A stretch of DNA of 20,000 bases. It comes from an uncultured virus (IMG/VR IMGVR_UViG_3300003617_000006). Its lineage: Duplodnaviria; Heunggongvirae; Uroviricota; Caudoviricetes. The stretch lies in IMG/VR virus record IMGVR_UViG_3300003617_000006; one strand, 5' to 3'. The translations under genes and the position numbers were made by a program. Under the pieces are notes generated by a model. It saw nothing but the letters and a program-made list of their open reading frames with translations. It searched no databases and was not told the origin of the DNA. Each line of letters begins with the position of its first letter. The stretch's first letter is position 1. This document shows, in pieces, positions 7,974 to 15,333 of this stretch.

Positions 7974-10109
7974 TTATAAACAAGTACTAACCTTCACCGT
8001 AAATTGTGTTCCATCAGGTTGTCCTAATAACCATCTATAAACTTTATATGATGACCCATTAATCGTAACCGTCTGACCACCATTTGGTGTTACATTATAC
8101 ACTAAATTAGTCGCAGTGTCAATAATTGTTTCTACAGTACCCTGTGATACAGGGTGTAAATAGAACGCCTGTACTTCATTAGAAGATGAACTATCACCAA
8201 CATAATCTAAAGTATATGTTACGGTTGCTTTATCTGAACAAACGTCATGAGTAAATGTAGTTATTTTATTTGAATTGTTAAGTCTATCATTTACAAATGA
8301 ATCAAATGTTGTTGGAGCCCCTTGAGTTAAGAATGGATAGAACTGATTATTATTACCATTAAATAATACTTGTCCCGCTCCCGCTCCTGAATCAGCATAC
8401 ATTAAGTATGACTCTGTAGGAGCACTTGTTGTTGTTGGTGTTGTACTTCCACCACCACTAGCAACCTCAGTTGAGTGGTAATATTCTACCTTATCATCTA
8501 AAGAAGTAATTGTAGATGACTGAGCACTTATTAAAGTCTGTAAACTACTCACTAAACTATTTAAATTACTAATGTCATTATTAATGACCGTACTTAATTT
8601 ACTATCTAATGAGATGATTGATGAATCGTTTGTTGAGATACTACTATTAATAGATTGCTCATCTAAATCGTGAGTGGTCTCTAAGTTACTTAACCTAGAT
8701 GTTAATGATAGGTCACCAGTTAAACGATTGTCCTCTTCATTACTCACCCTACTATTAATAGAACCATCGTTATACTCTGTAGGTATTGAAATTGAATCGA
8801 TGTCACTTTCTAATGTAGATACTCTACTATTAATTGATGTATCATTGTAAGTTGAACCTCCAATGTTGTCAACTCTACTATTTAACGAATTAACCGAAGA
8901 TGCAGTTGTAGATTCCTGACCACTAAGTCTCGTCTCGATAGATGTATCATCATAAGACTCAGATGAAGGTAATCCACTAACTGTTTGTTCTACTGTAGAA
9001 ATTCTAGAAGATAACGAAGAATCATCAAAAGATGGGTGTATTAATAACCCTGCATAGTCTGATAATTCAGAAATATCAGAAACCATCGTAGGTATTACAA
9101 TACCATCAACTCTTTGGTTTAATGAACTAACACTTAATGTCATCTCATTTTTAACTGACTCATCACCTGAGATTCTACTACTTACTTCATTAGTGATACT
9201 AAGGTCAAGTCTAGCCTCGGTAGAAATTAAATTAACTTCGTCAGTCGATACTCTACTATTAATAGATGTGTCATTATATGAATCCGTTGAGATTGAATCG
9301 ATTCTTTGTGATAATGAATAATCTGAAGATTCTAAATTACTAACCGAAGAACTAAGTCTATTCTGAATAGATGCATCATTATATGTAGCACCACCAATAT
9401 TATCGAATCTACTATTTAAAGATGAAACCGATTGGTCCGTACCACTAATCCTTACCTCTAAAGAAGAAGGGTTAAATGACTCAGGTATTACAATACCATT
9501 TAATGAACTCTCAATAGACGATACCTTTGTTGTTAATGAACTATCGTCAAACTCGTTTGGTATTACTATACCGTCAATTTTATCATTTATAGAAGAAGTC
9601 GAACTAGTTAAATCCCCCTCAACCTCTGAAACACGACTAACTAAAGACGTGTCATTATATTCCGTAATACCAGTGATTCTTGTCTCCAATGAATCATCCC
9701 CTGATATTCTTAAACTCTCTTCTATTGATATGTTTGATGTTAATCCCTCATCTATAGTAGACCCTTGAGTACTTACCGCAACACTTAATGAGTCAACGAT
9801 AGTCCCTTGGTCCAAACTTGATAAGTCAACTAAGAATTCGTCACCACCTGTTGTTGTTATTTTTAAAGAGGTACCAATTAAGTCAACCGTACTAACACTG
9901 TTAGCCGCAACCTCACCAGTACTAATAGGGGTCAAATCTACCTGCTCAGTACTACCATCGTTTCTCTTAATAAGTAAGTCAGCACCACTAAGTTCTAACC
10001 CTGAAATAAGACCTGAGTCAACAATACTCGCTAACTCTTTTATCGTATCCACATTAGGACTTACACCCTGTATCGTAGTCGTTGTTGTTGTTTTATTGTA
10101 TATAGCCAT
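7974..10109 (-). CDS. Ser-rich coiled-coil fibre-like protein with a globular C-terminal domain (711 aa)
   Basis: N-terminal SPNVDTIKELA motif, two L.I....G....VDL hairpins, about ten [YF][ND]D.S[IL]..R[VIL]S repeats, a GGGSTTPTTTSAP linker and a roughly 145-aa beta-rich tip. Confidence 0.75.
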   Translation of the reverse strand: MAIYNKTTTTTTIQGVSPNVDTIKELASIVDSGLISGLELSGADLLIKRNDGSTEQVDLTPISTGEVAANSVSTVDLIGTSLKITTTGGDEFLVDLSSLDQGTIVDSLSVAVSTQGSTIDEGLTSNISIEESLRISGDDSLETRITGITEYNDTSLVSRVSEVEGDLTSSTSSINDKIDGIVIPNEFDDSSLTTKVSSIESSLNGIVIPESFNPSSLEVRISGTDQSVSSLNSRFDNIGGATYNDASIQNRLSSSVSNLESSDYSLSQRIDSISTDSYNDTSINSRVSTDEVNLISTEARLDLSITNEVSSRISGDESVKNEMTLSVSSLNQRVDGIVIPTMVSDISELSDYAGLLIHPSFDDSSLSSRISTVEQTVSGLPSSESYDDTSIETRLSGQESTTASSVNSLNSRVDNIGGSTYNDTSINSRVSTLESDIDSISIPTEYNDGSINSRVSNEEDNRLTGDLSLTSRLSNLETTHDLDEQSINSSISTNDSSIISLDSKLSTVINNDISNLNSLVSSLQTLISAQSSTITSLDDKVEYYHSTEVASGGGSTTPTTTSAPTESYLMYADSGAGAGQVLFNGNNNQFYPFLTQGAPTTFDSFVNDRLNNSNKITTFTHDVCSDKATVTYTLDYVGDSSSSNEVQAFYLHPVSQGTVETIIDTATNLVYNVTPNGGQTVTINGSSYKVYRWLLGQPDGTQFTVKVSTCL

Positions 10110-10130
10110 CTATCTATTCTTTTTGTTGTA

Positions 10131-10140
10131 TATAAATATC
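10131..10140 (-). promoter_or_regulatory. Putative phage late promoter motif (GATATTTATA)
   Basis: 21 nt upstream of the first gene of the fibre cluster; same core as at 6987 and 13575. Confidence 0.45.
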
Positions 10141-10192
10141 TTAAACTTTATTATGAGTTTTAAAATCCTTACGTTTATAAAAAATAATTAAC

Positions 10193-11164
10193 ATGAGGTA
10201 TAGAAATTATAAATCCTACTCAACATATAATAAGGTATTACTACCTAACATCATTAGTGAAACTATTGTAGATTACTTTACACATTTGAATATCACTCAT
10301 CCTTATAACATAAATACTTTAATTTATGATAAACACTGTAAGGTTTATATTCCTAAGACAAATATATTAGAATTAAAAAATTACTTATATAGTCAGAATA
10401 ACGACTTAATTTCTAACTTTAAGAACTTAGAGTTTATTGAAACTTCTGAACCGTTCTTTTCCGATTACCTATCGTATGGTAATTACTACGGATACGCAAT
10501 CAGTAATAATTATGGGTCCATACCTAAGGGTAAAAGTATATCAAATACAATACTCAATAAATTAGACGAGAAACATTCGAGTATCCTTCAGGTAACTTAT
10601 GATACTAAGAATGATAACCTAACACGGTTAACTCTATTTACAACCGATAAAACCGTTGATAGTAATTTTGTATTTACATTATCGGAATATATCACTGAAG
10701 ATACAAACATTAAAGTTGTTTATACAAACCACAATACTAACGGTGAGTTTTATACCAATAACTCTAATCTACACATTACACACGAGATTCCGAGTCATAA
10801 CCCATTATTTGTAGGGGCAGACCCATTAAGTCCGTCTAAAGTTATACCACTATATCTTAGACATATCGCCAAGTCAATGGTGAACTCATCACTTTTAGAT
10901 GAATGTCTTATAACTGCGAACTACACCAATAACTCTTTAATCCCCGTCACACTGAATATCGACTCTTTTGGTACTGAGAAATACCCGATGAAATATATTT
11001 ATACATGTCTAATGGATGTTTTTCCTTTATCATTAAAGGATATTAAAAAAGAGATTGACTTTTTTAAACCGATATATAGACAATCCTCAGAGTGTGATTA
11101 TGTTAATAATATTAATTTACCTTGGGAGAGCACTAATAAGTCAAAAGATTTGATTATATTTTAA
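10193..11164 (+). CDS. metK: Degenerate S-adenosylmethionine synthetase (MetK/MAT) homologue, predicted catalytically inactive
   Basis: C-terminal third aligns by eye to MetK: GADP...LYLRHIAKSMVNSSLLDECLITANY...PVTLNIDSFGTEK...FPL....I..EIDFFKPIYRQ...LPWESTNK versus GKDP...[26 protein letters not shown]...PTSIMVETFGTEK...FDL....LI..LDLLHPIYKE...FPWEKTDK. Remnants YGYA, QVTY and GEF are also in register. GHPDK, GAGDQG, GRK and GGGAFSGK are absent. Confidence 0.8.
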   Translation: MRYRNYKSYSTYNKVLLPNIISETIVDYFTHLNITHPYNINTLIYDKHCKVYIPKTNILELKNYLYSQNNDLISNFKNLEFIETSEPFFSDYLSYGNYYGYAISNNYGSIPKGKSISNTILNKLDEKHSSILQVTYDTKNDNLTRLTLFTTDKTVDSNFVFTLSEYITEDTNIKVVYTNHNTNGEFYTNNSNLHITHEIPSHNPLFVGADPLSPSKVIPLYLRHIAKSMVNSSLLDECLITANYTNNSLIPVTLNIDSFGTEKYPMKYIYTCLMDVFPLSLKDIKKEIDFFKPIYRQSSECDYVNNINLPWESTNKSKDLIIF

Positions 11165-11166
11165 AT

Positions 11167-11715
11167 ATGAATAATACTAAAAAATGGATTTTTAAATATC
11201 GTTATCTTCAATTAGAGTTAGACGAAACTAAAGAAAAACAAGATAACTATACTAAGAAGTTTATGGAAGACTTTCATGAAGTCTTAGTCGACGAAAAAAA
11301 TCAAGAAGGGATTAACAACGCATCTGAAGAAGGTAAACAACTTATAGACGCAATCAGTGATGAGGTTAAACCAAAAAATAAATCTAAATTAGCAAAAGAA
11401 CTTTACAGAAACATATCCCGTAAAACACATCCCGATGTGACAAAAGACGAAGATATGAATAATATCTTTAGTGAAGCCGCAGACGCATACGAAGAACTAA
11501 ACCTTATGGAGTTAATTATGCTATCCGATAAGTTGGGTATTGATATTAGTTCTGAGATTGATGATAAAGATTTACAAATGGTTCAAACTAACTGTGAGCA
11601 GGTTCAGGTAGAAATCGATACAATCAAATCAACATTAACGTGGCAATGGTGTACAACACCAGAAGAAAACAAAGAGGAACTTAAAGAATACTTTATAGGT
11701 CTGTTGGTAAGGTAA
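11167..11715 (+). CDS. J-domain (DnaJ-like, HPD motif) coiled-coil protein
   Basis: KELYRNISRKTHPDVTKDEDMNNIFSEAADAYE matches helix II-HPD-helix III of J-domains; starts 2 nt after the stop of the MetK-like gene. Confidence 0.7.
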   Translation: MNNTKKWIFKYRYLQLELDETKEKQDNYTKKFMEDFHEVLVDEKNQEGINNASEEGKQLIDAISDEVKPKNKSKLAKELYRNISRKTHPDVTKDEDMNNIFSEAADAYEELNLMELIMLSDKLGIDISSEIDDKDLQMVQTNCEQVQVEIDTIKSTLTWQWCTTPEENKEELKEYFIGLLVR

Positions 11716-11717
11716 TC

Positions 11718-13559
11718 TTACTTAAGAAGTCTCTTAACTTCTTCTTCCTCAGCAATTAACTTTAATTTTGAAGGAGTTATATACCCAATAGATTCGTCAA
11801 TATTATATACGTTGGTCTTACGGTCAATAAATCCTACTGTCTCAAAAGTAGAATTGTTAACAAAGGTTGTTTTACCATTCTCAACAATCATATTATGTGT
11901 CGCTAAGAAAAACTCTTTAACCTCGTCCTCACTAATCATAGCTGAAAAGTGTTCCATATCATATATGTATTTACTCAACAATCTATCAAAAGTTTCTGGA
12001 CTGTCCATATTACCCATATCGAAGTAATCTCCTTCATCATCNATAATCGTAATATCCCCATTATTTGAAACTCTTATATATAAGGTTTCCAAATCACCAT
12101 CAATAATCATAACAAATCCAAAATCATTATATTCGTCTTTGTCTGAGTAATCAACTACGTGTCTTGGTCTATACCCTATATTCGTTAANGTATCAGTTAT
12201 ATAGTCAATNATTTCTTCACTATTGTGGTGGTCAAACTCTTCGTTTATTAACCTACNTTCATTTAATGTATCACTTACCTCATCAACTGTCGTTGTTACT
12301 TCAGGGTATTTACCACCAATCTTACTTTCGTCTTTATCTTTATAGTCGATGTTCTTTAGAACGTGTCTTAATAAATTTAAGGTACCAACTCTTTTGTCAT
12401 TACTATCAACAACAGTCCACGGCATCGCCTCTTTAGTCTGTGTCAATACTTTCTCCTTATACTCNGTNTAACTATCCCACTTATCAATCGACTTTTCATC
12501 GTTGGGTGAGAACTTCCAATATTTTAANGGNGAATTCTTTCTTANGTCGAATCTTTTCTTTTGAGTTTCTGAAGTGATTGACAACCAAAACTTAAATAGT
12601 TTAACCCCTCTATCAACTAACGACTTCTCAAAATCGTTTACAGTATTCATAAAGTCAAAATACTCTTCTTCACTACCGTAACCCATAACAGGTTCAACTA
12701 TACCTCTGTTGTACCAACTACGGTCAAAGAATGTTATCTTTCCTGGTTCAATATACTTTTCATATCTTCCGAACCAATCTTTTCTTTCCTCATCTGATGG
12801 TATACCTAAAGCCACAACCTTAAAATACTTAGGGTCTAAGTATTCTGTCATTTTTTTAATTGTAGAACCTTTACCTGCAGAATCTCTTCCTTCCATTACA
12901 ATAGCAACAGGAGTACTAGTTTCTTTTACATGTTCCTGTAGTTTTAATAACTCAACCTGTAGGGGTAATAATTCTTTTTTGAATTGCTTTCTACCAATCT
13001 TAGATTGTTCTGGCTCGATACCACCATAAAGAAAATCATCGTCAATACCAAAATCATCTGACGGGTCAGACTTTGAATCTTCCCTACTCTTAATTGAGTC
13101 GATGTATTTTTGGATGTACTTTTTTATGTTTTCAGTTTTATCTCCCGACTTAAGTAATTTTCTATCTAAATTTCTAATAAATGAATCTGAGATATCATCA
13201 TCAGTTAACTGACCAACTAAATCTTCTAAAGATTCTGAATCAATTTCACTATCTCTTAATTTGTCTTTTAAGGTATCAACACTTTCAACAACCAATCCTA
13301 ACATCTTATTAATGAATGTTGTTGGAAATACATTATAGATATCCTCTTTAATAATATCCTTACCGTTTTTCTTTATAGTATAGAAAACTTCACCATTACG
13401 CGATTCTGTTAATGTTGTATTTTTTGCAATTGAGATATTATAATACTCTCCCGTACTCTCTTCAATGAATACAAAGTTTTTAAATCCTATCGCCTCATTA
13501 ACCTCTAATAATGTCTTACCTTTAACATTTAAAAGTAATTTGGATTCTGTGATGTTCAT
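11718..13559 (-). CDS. ppk2: Polyphosphate kinase 2 (single-domain, class I-like) with long N- and C-terminal extensions
   Basis: LQVELLKLQ, Walker A EGRDSAGKG, Walker B FDRSWYNRGIVEPVMG, KFWLSI, lid LKYWKFSPND and PW.VV.SNDKR. Core spans about 12295-12995. Confidence 0.92.
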   Translation of the reverse strand: MNITESKLLLNVKGKTLLEVNEAIGFKNFVFIEESTGEYYNISIAKNTTLTESRNGEVFYTIKKNGKDIIKEDIYNVFPTTFINKMLGLVVESVDTLKDKLRDSEIDSESLEDLVGQLTDDDISDSFIRNLDRKLLKSGDKTENIKKYIQKYIDSIKSREDSKSDPSDDFGIDDDFLYGGIEPEQSKIGRKQFKKELLPLQVELLKLQEHVKETSTPVAIVMEGRDSAGKGSTIKKMTEYLDPKYFKVVALGIPSDEERKDWFGRYEKYIEPGKITFFDRSWYNRGIVEPVMGYGSEEEYFDFMNTVNDFEKSLVDRGVKLFKFWLSITSETQKKRFDXRKNXXLKYWKFSPNDEKSIDKWDSXXEYKEKVLTQTKEAMPWTVVDSNDKRVGTLNLLRHVLKNIDYKDKDESKIGGKYPEVTTTVDEVSDTLNEXRLINEEFDHHNSEEXIDYITDXLTNIGYRPRHVVDYSDKDEYNDFGFVMIIDGDLETLYIRVSNNGDITIXDDEGDYFDMGNMDSPETFDRLLSKYIYDMEHFSAMISEDEVKEFFLATHNMIVENGKTTFVNNSTFETVGFIDRKTNVYNIDESIGYITPSKLKLIAEEEEVKRLLK

Positions 13560-13574
13560 ACTATTAAGTTTTAA

Positions 13575-13586
13575 TATAAATACTAC
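13575..13586 (-). promoter_or_regulatory. Putative phage late promoter motif (GTAGTATTTATA) upstream of ppk2
   Basis: Identical 12-mer to the one upstream of the 838-aa fibre gene; 15 nt from the ATG; overlaps the TAG stop of the upstream gene. Confidence 0.5.
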
Positions 13587-14116
13587 TTTAGTTTAGAAAT
13601 TAACGTAAAGTAATCAATATTACTATCACAGTAATGTACAATAGATTCTAATAGTGTTCTAAACTTCTTAACTTTAGGTTTAACCTTCTCACTTAAGATA
13701 TAAAGATTAATAACCGTTGATAACATCTCTATCGATAACTCACCGTAAAAATTAAGTTCCGAATATTCACCTAACACCCTGTCAAAATCAAAGACATAAC
13801 TATCTCTCTCTTCAACACTTGAGGGTACCACCATAGTATCCCATATCATTAAAAAATCAACGATAAAATCTTTGGTTAGTTCTTTGTTCTGCTGAGCCTT
13901 TAATAGAAGGTCAACACCAATCATACAGTATGAAGGAGTTCTCAGATTTTTAGACTTACTCGTATCTAAATACTTCACCATAAAGTCCATATCTGTTATA
14001 TCCCCATCAAATGTGGCGATAACAACACCCTCATCCAACTGAAACTCTCTAATAGATTTTAATCTAGGACCTCTAGGTACTTTATATTCTAACCCAACCT
14101 TAGTCTCAACTATCAT
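13583..14116 (-). CDS. Hypothetical protein (177 aa)
   Basis: Clean ORF, translationally coupled to glutaredoxin by an ATGA overlap (14113-14116). Confidence 0.8.
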   Translation of the reverse strand: MIVETKVGLEYKVPRGPRLKSIREFQLDEGVVIATFDGDITDMDFMVKYLDTSKSKNLRTPSYCMIGVDLLLKAQQNKELTKDFIVDFLMIWDTMVVPSSVEERDSYVFDFDRVLGEYSELNFYGELSIEMLSTVINLYILSEKVKPKVKKFRTLLESIVHYCDSNIDYFTLISKLK

Positions 14117-14385
14117 AGATATTCCTTTATTAGTGTTACCGCATCGGGTAAGTCATGAAAATCTCTATCAGGTGTCAAATACCTTTTAGTGAATTTTTCA
14201 TCATCTCTTATTTCTATTGCCGGAATAAATTCATTTTTAGTATGGTCTACTAATAANGCATACTGCATTTCGTAGTCATCACAATTTCTTTCAGTATACA
14301 CCACCTTACTTTCATCCAATAACTCCTTCATTTGAAGACAGTAAGGACACGTATCCATCGTATAAACAAAAACCGTTTTAGACAT
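14113..14385 (-). CDS. Glutaredoxin / NrdH-like redoxin
   Basis: VFVYTMDTCPYC active site, IPAI cis-Pro motif, 90 aa. Confidence 0.9.
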   Translation of the reverse strand: MSKTVFVYTMDTCPYCLQMKELLDESKVVYTERNCDDYEMQYXLLVDHTKNEFIPAIEIRDDEKFTKRYLTPDRDFHDLPDAVTLIKEYL

Positions 14386-14698
14386 TTAATGACTCTTTTA
14401 TAGTTTCAATTAGGTGTTGTTTAGATTGTACCCCAGAATATCTCTCTTTGATTTCACCGTTATCAATCATAACAAACGTTGGAATTCCTCTAACCCCAAA
14501 CTCTGCAGATAATTCTCTCTCCTCATCAGCGTTTACCTTAACAAAAGTAACTTCACTATCCTTAAACTCTTCAGATACTGTTTCTAATACAGGCATCATC
14601 ATCTTACACGGTCCACACCAATCAGCGTAGAAATCTATAAACACTTTATTGTTTCCGTTTTGTAATTCTTTAAATTCTTCGTAATTTACTTTTTCCAT
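14378..14698 (-). CDS. trxA: Thioredoxin
   Basis: DFYADWCGPCK, FVKVNAD, GVRGIPTF; 106 aa. Confidence 0.95.
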   Translation of the reverse strand: MEKVNYEEFKELQNGNNKVFIDFYADWCGPCKMMMPVLETVSEEFKDSEVTFVKVNADEERELSAEFGVRGIPTFVMIDNGEIKERYSGVQSKQHLIETIKESLNV

Positions 14699-14748
14699 TA
14701 TATTATATTTTATACAATCTTAATCAATTAATTTATTTTTATAAAGTA

Positions 14749-15333
14749 TTATTTAGCAACTCTAAAAATACTATAATCTAATCCTTTTAAATTTTCATTT
14801 GGGAATCTATATTCCAATGTATCATTACTCGTGGTGATAATCTTAGTGAATGAGGTTGGTAACTCAGCCCCATACGGTAACATAACACTACCCTCAAAGT
14901 TCACAGTAACCTTTACAGTGACTTTTCCGTATTTCTTAAGTAATTCCCTTTCATACTTTTCTAAGTCCTTCCACGGTCCTCTATTAAGTCCCTCGTGTTG
15001 AAGGGAACAGTTTAAATAACTAAAGGTGGTTTTTAAATCCTCTTCGTCNCAATTAAAGTCCGCCGCTGGTGCAATATGACCCTTATCCCAAACATTATTT
15101 TTATAATCTTGGTTATTGGAAGTGACAACTCCCTTATACGACCTAAAGTCCAATCCTTTACGACTATACTTACTCTCGTAACATAATACTTCATACTCAA
15201 CCATTAGTGGTTGTTGCTTAACCTCAGAATAAATTACTTTATATATCCCCATATCCACAAAAACACTATCTCTAAGTGTCTGTGAATATAAGTTTCCAAA
15301 ACTTAATACAAAAATTATCGTTAATATTCTCAT
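14749..15333 (-). CDS. DNA/RNA non-specific endonuclease (NucA/EndoG beta-beta-alpha-metal family) with probable signal peptide
   Basis: WDKGHIAPAADF, TFSYLNCSLQH..LNRGPW..LE..ER and LP..F.K motifs; N-terminus MRILTIIFVLSFGNLYS/QT; TAATG overlap with the upstream gene. Confidence 0.9.
   Translation of the reverse strand: MRILTIIFVLSFGNLYSQTLRDSVFVDMGIYKVIYSEVKQQPLMVEYEVLCYESKYSRKGLDFRSYKGVVTSNNQDYKNNVWDKGHIAPAADFNXDEEDLKTTFSYLNCSLQHEGLNRGPWKDLEKYERELLKKYGKVTVKVTVNFEGSVMLPYGAELPTSFTKIITTSNDTLEYRFPNENLKGLDYSIFRVAK

Noticed and set aside
1..10109. CRISPR array or DGR template/variable repeat pair among the repeats
   Set aside because: The repeats are in-frame coding repeats with synonymous variation, with no constant repeat-spacer pattern, no adenine-specific mismatch pattern and no reverse transcriptase in the window.
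10193..11164. Calling the MetK-like ORF a functional SAM synthetase or a pseudogene
   Set aside because: Catalytic motifs are missing, so it is not a normal MetK. The frame is intact over 323 codons with selective retention of structural residues, so it is not an evident pseudogene.
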